A stretch of DNA of 64,000 nucleotides from Salpingoeca rosetta (GCA_033442325.1 JAWQFM010000006.1:1749508-1813507), one strand, 5' to 3'. Positions 45,306 through 59,600 are shown, counted from the first letter of the stretch. The notes: a model not told the origin generated them from the letters alone. Made by a program: numbers and translations.

Positions 45306-45932
45306 GCGTGTGTGTGTGTGTGTGTGCTGTGTGTGATATGTGTGTGTGAGAGAGAAAGAGAGGTCTATGTGTGAACACGCACCATATGCAGCCCACCTTC
45401 ACCATGCAACTCCACGCTGCTGTTCACCGGACGCTATCAGGCATGCCGTTTGCGCTGCGGGAGGCCGGCTTCGGCCTGGGCGTGATCCTCATCATCGCCA
45501 TGGGCATCATCACATGTGAGCCCGCTTGTCCTCGCATATGCGTGTGTGTGGTGTCAAACCTGTGAGCGCACTGCTGACGTGGGTGTCCACACCGTCCCCA
45601 CAGCTGCTGACCAACATGTGCATGTAAACGATGATGCGCTTCATCGTATTTTCATACACATGTTGCACCACTGGCATCTCACCTCACCTTCAACCTCCCC
45701 CCTCCTCCCGTCTACTGCCTGTTCTTCTGCCCTTTGCAGCATATTCCATCAAGACGCTCATTCGATGTGGCGTCAAGACCCACAAACCAAACTACCAGGA
45801 CATGGTGATGCACTGTTACGGCAAACTTGGGTTCAACCTCCTCTCCTTTGGCCAGTTCTTCTTCCCCTTCTTCGGCATGATCGCATACTCCATCATCATG
45901 TGCGTGCGTGCGTGTGTGTGTGTGTGTGTGCA

Positions 45933-45995
<63 letters not shown>

Positions 45996-45996
45996 A

Positions 45997-46082
<86 letters not shown>

Positions 46083-46336
46083 TCCGATTTGCTTGTGCCT
46101 ACCTGCGCCCCTGGAGTCGACCCGTCGACCACCCAAAATCACAATCGCAATCACACAACACAGTGGGCAGACGCTGCCGAAGGTGTTTGAGGCGGTATTT
46201 GGGCACGGCTTTCTGTCCGATCGCAACACCGTCATCACCATCATGACCCTCTTCCTCATGATCCCGCTCAGCATGAACAAGGTGGCTTTGTTTGCACTGC
46301 CGCGTGCACACACTGTGTGTGTGTGTGTGTGTGTGT

Positions 46337-46409
<73 letters not shown>

Positions 46410-46626
46410 GTTTTCGGTGAGTGGGGTGCTCTGCGCACGTACCGAGTCTTTCTGTCTCCCTCACCTACTCACATACACAACACCCATTCACATGCTGCCT
46501 CCGCCTCTACTTGACCTCAGCACATTGAGTCGCTGAGCCGGTGGTCGGCAGTTGCGCTCACGGGCGTCTTTGTCCTCATCCTCATTGTCTGCATCGAGGG
46601 TGAGATGGGCAGCTTATGCAATTGCG

Positions 46627-46699
<73 letters not shown>

Positions 46700-48709
46700 G
46701 CGTGTGTGTGTGTGTGTGCGTGTGTGTTGAGCGGTGGATGGATTGATTTGGATTGATGTTAACCATTTCGAACCAAGGGCGTCACAACCAGACAACAGTG
46801 CACCTCCCGTCCTTCCTCACCACCGCCACCACCATCACCACCACCATCACCATCACCCTCGCCATCACCACCACCACCACCATCACCATCGCCATCACCA
46901 TCGCCATCACCATCGCCATCGCCATCACCATCGCCGCCACCCAGGGAGCCTGGTTGATCCGCCAGAGGACCGCGGCGATCCTGTCGCGTTCTTCCATCCG
47001 CGGTTCGTGCAGGCCATTGGCGTCATGGCGTTTGCATACGTCTGCCACCACAACTCGTTTCTCATCTACGACTCTCTCCAGAACACATCGGAACGCAGGC
47101 GCGTTTTGCTTGTTTGTTTGCTTGTTTGCTTGATTGGTTGTGTGTTTGCTGTGTGTTGTACTTGGTTGTGTGTTGTGTTGTGTTGTGTTGTGTTGTGTTG
47201 TGTTGTGTTGTGTTGTGTTGTGTACGTTTGCTTGTTTGCTTGTGAATGTTTGCTTTCTTGTTCGGTTCTTTACTTGCTTACTTGCTTACTTGCTTACCTG
47301 TTCGCTTGTTTGCTGTCCGGCTGCTCCCGTGACCTTGAATGCACCCTCCTTTGTTCTCGCACCACTGCACCATCACGCCCTCGTTGTTTGACCGATCACC
47401 GCCAGGTTTTCGATCGTCAACTACTCGTCCGTCACCATCGCAGCCGTTCTCTCCATCATGCTCGGCGCCGGGGGCTCGTTTGCTTTCGGAAACGCAACAA
47501 AGGGTGAGCCACGCATGTGTGTGTGTGTGTGTGTGCGTGTGCGTGTGTGTGTGTGTGTGTCTGCCTATCTGTCTGCATGTGTGTGTGCCTCTCTGTGCCT
47601 CTGTCTATATGTATGCGTGTGTATTTGTGTGTGTATGTGTGTGCATTGTCTTTATCGTCCCATTGCTGCTGTTCTCATTGATATTCCATCATATCCATCC
47701 CACACCCCACCACATTCACATTCACTCAACCCCCTCCCAAGACAATGTGCTGGACAACTTTGCCATTGATAACGCGGCGGCGAACGTTGCACGCTTCTTC
47801 TTCGCCCTCGCCATCATGCTCACATACCCCATCGAGTGCTTTGTTGCTCGCGAGGTGCGAACGGCCGCGAAAATGGAGTGAAACGGGGGGGGGGGAGGCG
47901 GGTGGACGGGAGGATGGTTCCTGTGTTTAGTTTGTTTGTTTGTCTGTCTGTTTGTTTGTTTGTTTGTTTGTCTGTCTGTTTGTTTGTTTGTTTGTTTGTT
48001 TGTTTGTTTGTTTGTTTGTTTGTTTGTTTATTTGTTTGTTTGTTTGTTTGTTTGTTTGTTTGTTTGTTTATTTGTTTGTTTGTCTGTCTGTTTGTTTGTT
48101 TGTTTGTTTGTTTGTTTGTTTGTTTGTGGGGGCACTTTTGCGTGTGTGTGTGTGTGTGTGATTTATCTTCGCGCTGTGTGCGATTGCCGTAGTCCACTGA
48201 TCATCATCTCCCAGTTCCTGATGCTCACATTACTCAAACCCTTCTTACTGCCCCTCCTTTTCTCCCCTCTGCACCTTTCAGGTGATTGAGAACTACTTTT
48301 TCCCAAACAGCCAGCCGCCAACAGACCTTCGACATTACTCAGTCACGTTGGCCGTCTGCCTGTGCGTGTTCATCATCGCACTCTCCATTGAAGATTTAGG
48401 AATTATTCTTGAGCTCAACGGCATAATCAACGCCAACCTCATCGCCTTTGTCATCCCAGGTGCCGCGCGCGCGTGTGTGTGTATGAGTGTTGCGTGTGTG
48501 CGTGTGTGTGTATGAGTGTTGTGTGTGTGTGTGTGTTCATTGTCAAACGTGAGAACCTCCTCCTTCACTCACTCCCATCATGCCATGTCTCCCGGGCTCT
48601 TGCCACACTTTACACTTGCAGGGGCGTGTGGAGCGAAATTGTTGGTCGGGGAAACGTTTTACAAGGGCGAGCGCATTTGGGCAACGCTACTCTTCGCCTT
48701 CGGCGTTGC

Positions 48710-48781
<72 letters not shown>

Positions 48782-48979
48782 CGTGCGTAATAGTGTATGC
48801 AGCTGCAAGTCAAATGTAGATTGCGTGCGTGAGTCGTTGTATGTCACAGCGACCCATTCTTCAAAGCTCACGCCAACCCCTTTGTCTGCTCGCTTGCCTT
48901 TGTGTTCTGTTGTGCGCAGCTGTTTGTGTTTGGAGTCATCCTCGTTGCCATCGATAGCTCGTCAACACCAACATCATGA
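44445..48979 (+). CDS. SLC38A11: SLC38A11/Avt2-like amino-acid transporter (Aa_trans family), multi-exon
   Basis: [16 protein letters not shown]|[33 protein letters not shown] and [13 protein letters not shown]|VIE are SLC38A11-family motifs. Many hydrophobic helices. Stop TGA at 48977-48979. Confidence 0.88.
47930..48126. repeat. (TTTG)n microsatellite in an SLC38A11 intron
   Basis: Seen directly. Confidence 0.95.
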
Positions 48980-49225
48980 ACACCACGCCGCCACCCACGC
49001 GTGCTCGCTCGTGTTTACGTGTGTGCGTGTGTGTGCGTGTGTGTGCGCGCGCTACAGAGAGCGATAAATAGGCAACCCGACTTGAACGTGTTTTTTGTTT
49101 CCAGTTCAGTTTCGTCCTTTCGTTTGTTCACTCTTCTTGTGTATGTGTGTGTGTGTTGGTGAGTACAACTGTAAACAACTGCGAATCTGCAAGCAGCCTG
49201 GTGCACGTGGCTGAGCATCATCGCG

Positions 49226-49331
49226 TCACTGCGCCTTCGTGAACGCGGACATGAACTGTAAACGCAATCATGTGCAATGGTGTTGTGCAGTCGTGTGAGG
49301 GGTACCATGAAGTGGCTTCAGAGCAGACAGC

Positions 49332-49404
<73 letters not shown>

Positions 49405-50572
49405 CCATATCGTACGTGAGTGTGCACCTTTTGCTTCGCCGCTGCTTTGGACGATGACGCCTGCTGCTGTGGCTGTTGTGGCTGTTGTTGTTGTGGCTGC
49501 TGTTGCTGTGTCCATGATGATGATGACGACGATGGCTGCTGGCGCGTGTCAAAGCCAAGGCCAGGTCGGCTGCGTCGCGGTTTCGACTGCGGTGCCGGCG
49601 CACCCCGACCCCGGCCACCCGGCGGCGGCTGCTGGTGCTGATGATACTGCTGTTGTGGCTGTTGTGGTTGCTGTTGTGGCTGTTGTTGGTGGTAATGCTG
49701 TGGCTGGTACTGTTGCGGTTGTTGCTGGTACTGTTGTGGTTGTTGGGAGTGCTGGTACTGTTGCGGTTGTTGCTGGTACTGCTGTGGTTGTTGGTAGTGC
49801 TGTTGTGGTTGCTGCTGTTGCTGGTGGTGGTATTGCTGTGGTTGCTGTTGGTAGTGCTGGTATGTGTCGTGTCGCTGTGGCCCAGGCCCCATCATGTGGG
49901 GTGGTGCGAATCCTGCTCCCCTTCCTCGCCCTCGCCCGCGTCCGCGCCCGTACGTGTGTTCACCGCGGTGGCGGCGCTGGCGAAACCTCGGGTCCTGCAC
50001 ACGTGATGCGATAGCGATCGTGCGAATGACATTGGTGAAGTGACATGGACGAGCTGCTCGGGCTGTCATTAAACGAGCAAGCACGCAATTAATGTCACCC
50101 AACAACAGGCCATGTACAAACACACACACACACATGAACATGAACATGAGTCAGCAGCGCACATCCCTCCTCCTCCTCCTCCAACCTCCTCCTCCTCCTC
50201 CTCCTTGCGCTGTCACCTGTTCGGCCATGTGCAGGAGCGCGTCTGAGACGCGTTGGCTGGCGGCCTCAAGACTCTCCACCAGCTGTGCGGCAAACGACGT
50301 CTCTGTGGGCAGCAGCAGCGTCCACGCTGTGCCCTTCACGCCCGCGCGGCCTGTACGGCCGATGCGGTGCGTGTGTGTGTCGATGCTCATCGCAGCATCA
50401 AAGTTGACCACGTTGCGCACAGATGGAATGTCCAGCCCGCGCGCTGGGGAAGCAGAGAAGGAGTGCAAGGATGATTTGGGTGTTGTGGTGTTGTGCCATG
50501 TGGTGTCGATGAATTGGTGAGCGCAACAACGAATGCATGTTTTGGTAAAGGGAGAAGGCACAGCGCTCGAGT

Positions 50573-50650
<78 letters not shown>

Positions 50651-51000
50651 GCACGCACACAAGTGAGCACGAGCGAGTAATATGTGTACATGCGTGCGTG
50701 TATATGCACCTGCGACGTCTGTGGCGACGAGGATGCGCACTGTCTGCTTCTTGAACTTTGACAGAACTTCCTGTCGCGTGATCTGGTCAATGTCACCGTG
50801 GATAACAACAGCTGAGACGAAATATGTGTGTGTGTGTGGGTGTGTGTCGGGGAAGGTAAATAGTGGAAGGGTGATGTGAGAGTTAAGAATGAGCTGCTGA
50901 AGATGTATTGTGGAGAAATAATTTGTTTTCGCTGTCGCCCTAAGACCTCTGATTGTCGCGAGGGAGGGGGTCACGAGAGCCAACCAAACACACACACACA

Positions 51001-51048
<48 letters not shown>

Positions 51049-51466
51049 CACACAGCGCAAATCCACGCATACACAAGCGCACCTTGAAACCCGGCAGCAA
51101 CCATGCTCTCGTGAAGTGTCTCTGCATCCGCCTTCTTGTTGACAAACACCAGCACGTTACCAGCTGTGGCATGGACAGACAACATTGAACCAACAAGCGT
51201 GAACTGAAACGCAAACAAACAGTTGCGACACAACACTGACAAAAGAGCTCAAGTCGAGAGCGAGCACGCTGAATTCACGTCCGCATTCTAACTGCCACAG
51301 CCATGGACACGCATGCATCCATGTGCATAGGTGTCGCACCTGACTGCATCTCAACCAGGTGTGCCTTGAGCCAGCCCCACTTGGAGGCGGTGTCCTGCAT
51401 AATCTCGACTCGCTGCTCAATGTCCGTGTTCGCCTGCAGCGAGCGCGCGTGTACATGTGCGTTTGT

Positions 51467-51519
<53 letters not shown>

Positions 51520-53357
51520 GAGAACACAAAAACGCTGTGGTGGTCGTAAACGTGTGGTGGTCGTAAACGTTTGGGGTGAACATACAACCCTGTCACACAG
51601 AAAGCTTTGTGGCGAAAATGGGGAGTCAACACAGCGATGGAGTGTGCGCGTGACGCCGGCGCACCTTTCCGACAGTGCCGACGACGATGCGAACAGGATT
51701 CCGCAACGCCTGGCGGGCCAATTTCTCCACCTGAAAATACACACACACACACACGCACACATACACACACATACACACACATACACACACATACACACAC
51801 ACACGTACACGCGAGTGTGAATACGAGAGCGAAAGACTGTCAGTGTGCATCAGGAGCGTAATACCAGCTCGTACTGTGATGACAGCGTCACCTTCTTCTT
51901 GAACGTCGCGGTGAAGAGGAGCGTTTGTCGATCAGGCCGCGTCTGGGGATGATGGCGGTTGAGGTGGTGGTGTTGATCAGGATGTGGGTGGATGTTGTTG
52001 AGGAGCACAATTACGATGATGATTAGGATGTGGGTGGGTGTTGTTGATGCGAAGGATGAAGGAACAACGGCAAACAACGCAGAACAGCTGTGTCATTGTC
52101 GGCGACCAGCAAAGCATTTCATAACACGACCCAATTCCACAAGCAGCCAAAGACTGCACACGCGCGCGCGCGACTCACGTGGTTGATGATGCTGTTGACT
52201 TGGAGACTGAACCCCATGTCAAACATCCTATCTGCCTCATCTAACACAAGATACGTCACCCGCCGCAGGTTCGTTGCCTGCGTGCACGCGATCACAGCGC
52301 GTAAGGGAGGGGGGTGCATGTATGTTGTGATGTTGATGTGCGTATGTGTATTTATGCGCTGGTGAGCGTGTGCCTGATGACTGTAAGCGCGTGCACCAGC
52401 ACATAACATAACCACACACATACATACACCTGTATACTCGACCCGGCAGCAACGCAGAACACTGTGTGTGCGTATGTATGTGTGTGTGTGTGTGTGTGTG
52501 TGTGGAATGAGAGCAGTGTTCGCACCTTGTCCTTGATGAGATCGATCAGACGACCTGGTGTCGCTACTACAACTTCGCACCCGTCCTTCAACGTCTTCAC
52601 TTGCTCGTATCGGCTCCCCTGAATGAGGAATGGCGTTGGGCGTCAACAAGCGAGCGGTTGCGGTGATGCGAATGAGCACCAGCCCACAAGCACATACACA
52701 TGCACACACGCATGCACACATGCACACGCACACACGCACACATGCACACGCACACACATGTACACACACATGCACACACACACGAACACATGCACATACG
52801 CAAAGAGCGACTCACGCCACCGTAGACGGTTGCAACGCGAATGTTGTAGTGCTTTGCATAGCGACGTGTGTTCTGGCTGATCTGCATGCACAGCTCTCGT
52901 GTCGGTGCAAGCAGGACGGCAATTGGGCCGTCACCCTGTGCATGCGGTGGTCCATTTGAAGGTGGATGAGGATGGCGTGAAGGAGGAGGCGGAGGTGGAG
53001 GTGGAGGTAATGAAGGATGAATTGCATTGACGACATAGCATGCGCAATCGAATTCCACGCATACACACAAGCAGACATCCGCACGCGCGCCCGCACGCCA
53101 ACGCAGACGCATTTTGACGTACGCGCTTGAGGTCTGGCTGGTCGAGGATGTGCTTGATCATTGGCCAGACAAAGGCGGCGGTCTTACCGGATCCTGTCTC
53201 CGCAATTCCAATCACATCGCGCCCGCTCATCACCGTGGGCACGGCCTTGATGGAAACACACAAGGGGGCGGGGGTGAGAGCAAGCGGGGTCTTGATGAGA
53301 AACACCAGGACCTGATTCAGTCGCACAAAATCGCCTGCATACCCAAGCAAACACACC

Positions 53358-53396
<39 letters not shown>

Positions 53397-53404
53397 AGCA
53401 CACC

Positions 53405-53445
<41 letters not shown>

Positions 53446-53521
53446 TAGGCATACACATGCATGCCCAAGCAAACACACACACAGAGCACACACACACAGC
53501 ACACAACCAAATCACAAACAA

Positions 53522-53557
<36 letters not shown>

Positions 53558-54880
53558 GGGCCTGGATTGGGGTTGGCTGTGCGAATCCCTGTCGCTGGAT
53601 GAGTTGCATCATGACATCGTCGAAGCCGAAATACGCAAAGCTGACGCACGGCTTTGGAACGCCACTCCCTGTTGCCTCAACGCCGAGCTGACGTCGCAAC
53701 TCCCGCACCTGGTTGATGGGTTGAGTCGGTTTGAGGGATGTGGTGTGTGTGTGTGTGTGTGCATGAAAAAGAAACGCAAGAAAGCAGCCCCTTCCTAACG
53801 CTTACACTAACACACTCACACACAACATCACACTCACACATTACACACATCACACATGACACACACCTCCGCGCTGTTGAGTTTGGAGACGTCCTCGTGT
53901 TCGGTGTAGAAACATCTGTTGAAGGGAGGATAGTTGATTTCGTCATGGTTAATCTCGCCCAGGGGATCCTTGTCCTTCTTAAAGGTGCGTTTCCGGATGA
54001 CCCTTCCGTCCTCGTCATACTCCACCTGAATCCAACAAGACACGCCACGTGTACGTGCGTGTCATTAAAGCGAAGATGGTAGGGAAGGCGGGCAAGATAA
54101 ACCCCCCCCCCTAAAAAAAAAAAAAAAAAACATCACCAGAGAGGTAAAGGAAAGAAGGCAGCAGAGGGGGAAGGGAGGGACCAATGAAGAAGTGTGGTAT
54201 GATACAGCATATGGAACCATGTTATACAATGGATTACATGATGCCATCACGCCAAGATGTTTTACCTCTTCGACGACCTCATCGGCGCGTTCCGCCTTCT
54301 TCTCCTCCAGATGTTTGAAGAGCTGTTCGTGCTCGTCCAAGTCCTCAATGTCGTCACGCCGCGGCTTCTTCTTTTCCTGTTGAGCGAATGTGGGAGGTGA
54401 TGCTAATGCAGTGTGTGAGCGTTTGTAGCCTGTGCATTGTTTTGGGGTGTCGTCGCAGATAGTGGCTCCAACAGCATTGTGACACACCCCACGCAAAGTG
54501 CAAAGACACACACACACACGCACACACACAGATACGCACACAGATACGCGCACACACACACATACACGAACTATACACACACCACAGAGCACAGAACTAC
54601 GGTACGACGCGTGTGAGCAATCAAGCACCGGCTACACTACTTGCCTGCCCAGCCGTGAGCTTTTCCTTCTCCACTTGATCGTCGATGCCCGCCATAAATG
54701 CGTCCAGCGGGTCCACCTCATCCTCATCTTCATCCTCGTCTTCGCCACCGGCATCATCGTCGTCGGTGCTGAACACGCTTGCAGCGGTCGCTTGGCGTGC
54801 AGCCTGCTGCAGCAGGAACGCCCGCTTCCGTGGCTGTCGTGACGTCGAACAACAACAACAGCAACAACAGCAACAACAGC

Positions 54881-54954
<74 letters not shown>

Positions 54955-55568
54955 CCCGCAAGCATAGCATGACAGAATGACATCGACATCATGTTGAGCC
55001 AGTGCAGGCGCGCGCACATGCACACGAACATGATAAAACATGAGTGAGTGAATGTGTGCAGCGGTATGTAGTGGAAGTGTACATGAACGTGTGAGTGCTC
55101 AACGCAGCCTCAATGAAAGCGGTGATGAACACAGTCATAAGAAAGTAGCACTTTGTGCAACAGGTCACCTGCTCTTTGGCGCCGCTTCCCTCTTCATCTC
55201 CGTCGTCTTCGTCAGCGAGTGGGTTGAAGCGTGGCTTGGTACCAGCAGATGTTACTGTGTTGTTCTTGGTTGCTGTTGCGCTGCTTGATCCCGACAGCCC
55301 AGCTGAGAAGGCCATGAATGGCTTCTTCTGTGCTTGTTGTGGCTCCTGTTGTACTTGCCGCTGAGGCGCGGTGACCTGTGGTGCTGCAGCAGGCTGCGTG
55401 ACCATGGACAGGATAGGATTCCGTGAGCACACATCATGCACATAAATGCACTCATCGTGTACACAGTAACCCATGCATCGTGTACACAAAAGCATACTCA
55501 TACGCTATATCACTGGCGTACCTGCACTGCCCACTCATGCGTGCACTCACTGACACACCCACACACAG

Positions 55569-55602
<34 letters not shown>

Positions 55603-55887
55603 TCACACTCACACGCACACAGCAACACAGCCACTCACCCACCGACACCCGACAGCCACTCATTCACTTCTTGCGCACCTGCTGTTGCCGCTGCAGCTCG
55701 GCAGGCTTGTCCCAGACAGACTGCTTTGTCGCGGTGTTGTAGTAGTACGTCCGCCCTTCAGGCGTGCTGCAATCACAAACACACACACACACACACGTTC
55801 CACGTCACAAACACACAGCTCACAGCCCCGCCACGCCCAGAACAGCGATGCCTCTACAGCCGATCCCGCGCACAGCCCACGTGCAGC

Positions 55888-55933
<46 letters not shown>

Positions 55934-56347
55934 GTTAGGGACTCCTATCGATTTCACATCACAGGCACCAGGTAACCCTCGACGGACTACCCGGCATTTG
56001 ACGGGGCTGGATCACGATCGGGAGTCAAGCAGTTAGTGTGATGGTCACATCAGGCGGTTACACAACGACTACTACCCCTTAGGTACGCCTGATACTTTTT
56101 TTTCGACCAAAAGAAGATTATCGTAGTTTTTCATTCTAAAGTTTACGTTCCTAATCGTTGGACTTGAGGAAGTCAACCGAAATTCTCTAGATAGGAAACT
56201 AGCGATCAACAAGTCCGGGCGGATCCGATGGCGCATGATTGCTAAGGCAAAGAGACGTCCAAAGTATGCGACAACGCGACTCGGAATATCACAATAGACA
56301 CTTCGTCAGTGAACTTACACATCTCGGCTGATATTCCCACCGTCGCA

Positions 56348-56398
<51 letters not shown>

Positions 56399-56451
56399 TC
56401 AACACACCTGTACTCCAGCCACTGCTGCTGGTGTTGCTGTGTGGAGCTCAT
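49226..56451 (-). CDS. DDX42: DEAD-box RNA helicase DDX42 (SF3b125) with an N-terminal WW domain, multi-exon
   Basis: [10 protein letters not shown] and RDDIED N-terminal motifs, Q motif [64 protein letters not shown]. First exons encode WLEYS|[21 protein letters not shown]. Last exon FMSAFTKAQ*. Confidence 0.9.
55933..56350. other. Unidentified ~420-bp hairpin-rich insert between two (CA)n tracts in DDX42 intron 1 (ncRNA or transposon remnant)
   Basis: High-complexity sequence, more AT-rich than its surroundings. Inverted repeats GACTCC/GGAGTC, ATCAGGCG/CGCCTGAT, GGACTTG/CAAGTCC and GGAATATC/GATATTCC. No convincing ORF. Confidence 0.45.
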
Positions 56452-56601
56452 CGTGGCAGTTGTGGTTGTCGTCCTTCTTCGTTGGGGTAGTGCTGAAATT
56501 TCTGCATGATCATCACCATTCCTCCTTATCCGCGTCTGCCATTGCTGGTCGAACGTTCTCTCTCACCACCTCAACTCCCCCTCACACTCCACTCCACGAC
56601 C

Positions 56602-59600
56602 ATGTCTCGGCGGGCGCTGGAGCACCAGCACGCCAAGGCGATGAAGCGCTACGAGGCGCGCGTTGCCGCTGGCCTCGTCATTCCAAAGCCACCGGAACAG
56701 GTGTGGTTGGTTGTCTGTACGTCGCGTGGCGTTGACTGCTGCTGTGTGACTGTGTGGGATTCGGTTCGTCGACTTGCTTGTACGGTGTTGTCATAGCACA
56801 TTGGCTCCCTGTGATGCTGAAGCGTGCGTGCTGAGCTTAGCTTCAACTGCATCAAGCACCGCTTCCACTCATGCACGCATGCGCTTGACACACCTCTTGC
56901 CTGTGCGACTCAGGACCCCGAGGACGTGTTCCCATACAAGTGTGACCCGGTCACGATGGACTTGGGCCATGTCTTGTACTCCAACATTGTCGAGTCGACA
57001 TACTTCCAGGACAACTGCGCGTAAGTTCTTGTTGACCCACAAGAAGTGGGGAACAGGGAGCAGAAGAAGAAGGAGAAGAAGAAGGAGAAGAAGGAGAAGA
57101 AGGAGGAGGAGGAGGAGGAGGGCGCTGTTGGTGGTGGGTTCGTCATTGCCCGATGCTCGTTGTTGACGTGCTCGTGTAAGTGCATGTTGAAAACTGTAAC
57201 GTGGGTAGAGTTAAAGCGGGTTGAAAGGCAAGAGCTCGACACACATTGAGAAGCCTGTTTTGTGTTTAATCACCGCGTTGCTCCCACCTCTGTCTCAATC
57301 ACGGCACACCATTCTGAAGCTTCTTCACCTTTGGCCACGCATGCATCTGGATGTTGTAGGCTGCGTACGATTCTGATTGATTGATTGTTTTATCGTCACA
57401 AGCTCACCTTGCGTCCCTGCTCTCCCTTGCTTGCTTGCATTCCTCGCGTTGCATTTGCATGTTCCTTTATGTCGTCTTCTTTGGACTCCTTCCTCTCGGC
57501 CAACCTCTCCTTCCCTCATCCAATCGCCGCTCGTGGTTTGTGCTCCTGAAACTGTGCACGTACACACCATGCGCACCATGCAATCACCCCCCCCCCTCGA
57601 TCCTACTCGCCCTGCGCTCAACACACAACACCCGTCCTGTGCATGTTTGAAACCTGAAGTGCTCTCAAGACATTTGAAGACATCGTTGACGAGATTTACA
57701 CGTTTGTCGATCATCTAGGTTAGTCACGAACGCTGAACAACGCGGTGGCAGCTCGCACCAGCGACGGTTGCCCATCGTGGATCAGTGGCGTATACGTGCG
57801 CGCCGGCAAAAGGCAGGCATGCCCCGAGAAGCGTGTGTGCGCGTGCTGTATGCGCTCTGTGTGTGTGTGCATGTTGTTGTGTGAGACTGTGCCGACGCAT
57901 GGCGTCTGGTGCATGTGCAGGGCTCGCCAGCCGAGCAAGCCATGGGCACTTGCCCGCACAGTTGCTCGCCACACGCACGCACACACACGCGCGCGCGTCC
58001 CCCCCCCCCCCCGCAACAGCAACAGCAAACTATCTTGAACTTGCGCACAAGGCAATGTCTCTTTCCATGTAATTGCCCAAGCGCGCTGCCCTGGTCCTGC
58101 TCGTCTGCCCTTGCTGTGAACACTGTCGTTGAATTTGTCGTTGATGTTGCGTCATTGATACCTCAAGTGTCGCGTGCTCCATATCCGTGTGTTCCCACTA
58201 ACCTTTTGTTCTCCTTGCTTCCTCTCTGCCTTGCTTGGCTTGGTTTCCCCTCCCCTCCCTTCCTCTTCTTGTTCTCTTCGCCTGCGTGGTAACCACAACA
58301 GAGCCCATCATCTTGTCGCCGCAGAACTCGCCCAGCACCGCTTTCTGCCTTCTCTACAGGGTGTGTACGCAATTCAAAGATGCTCTGTGTTTTTTTGTTT
58401 GAATATGTGTGTTGTAGTATTCAGTCTGGCTTGATCCACACTGTCCCGCACTCATGGTTCATGTACTTACACCCCTTTCTTTCCCCCGCCATCTCCTCCC
58501 CCCCCCCAATACCCCACCAGCTGTTCTGCTTGCGCCTGAACGAGGCGCAGCTTGACACGCTTGTGACGCACAAGGACTCTGTGTACATTCGGGCCATTGG
58601 CTTTCTGTACCTGCGCTACACAGCGGACCCCGAGACGCTGTGGACGTGGTTCAGCGACTACATTGACGATCCGGAGCCCGTCAAGGTCAAGATGGCCGCA
58701 GCCGCCCCGCAGATGCCGCTCGGCGAATACCTCCGCATGCTCATCACCGTGAGTGCTGCTGCTCTGCTGTCTGTGGCGCCGTGCGTGCGTGCGTGTGTGT
58801 GTGTGCGTTTGTGTGCGTTTGTGTCTGCATTTCAATTGCAGAAGAGTCATGTTGTGACCGTTGTTCTCCTGACCACCTGCCCATGATGCGTGCGACCACA
58901 GGAGCTTCAGTATCTGCATCCCGTGTGCCGCCTCCCGCGCATCCCCGTCATGGAGCACCGCGACATGCTCGACTACCTCGACAGCCACCCATACGACTCT
59001 CGCAGGTTCACAGGTCCGTCACACCACCCCAGCCAATGTGCGCGTGCACTCGCGTTTGCCTCCCACCCCTTCCTTCCTTCCTTCCTTACGTGCGTGTGTG
59101 CACCCTTTCCTGCCTCTTCTTCCGGCTGCTCCCCGCCAAACACACACGCGCACACAACACATTCGCACTCACCGCCCGTCCGTCTCCAACTTGACTGGTG
59201 TCCAGGTGAGCTGACAGAGGAGGAAGAGGCCGCCCGTCCCCCGCCGCCACCACGCCCCGATGATAGGGACGACCCATACGTGCGCGGGTACGTACTTCGC
59301 ACACCTACACACGCAAACGACCACACACAACACACACACACACATACACACATACACGCACGCACGCACACGCACACACACGCACGCACACGCACGCACG
59401 CACATGCACACCGCTCATTGCTTCCACCCCACTCCCCCAAACCAACCAATTGACAGCCGCCGCCACTCGCCAACGCCCGTGCGCTCCTCGCGTCCCCGTT
59501 CGCCATCGCGGTCGCGGTCTCGCCGCCGCCGCAGCCCGAGCAGAGACAGGCGCTCCTCCCGCCGCACCCGCAGCCGCACCAGGAGCAGGAGCCGCGATCG

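Noticed and set aside
56208-56332. RNase P-like P4 pairing (AAGTCCGGGC ... CTCGGCT) in the intronic insert
   Set aside because: The spacing is only about 110 nt and the flanking strand pairs internally instead of forming P1. Not enough to call RNase P or MRP without a covariance search.
56270-56353. Hammerhead core (CTGACGA on the minus strand) or group II intron 5' end (GTGCG)
   Set aside because: No GAAA follows stem II, and there is no properly paired domain V. The GTGCG can arise from the adjacent (GT)n tract.
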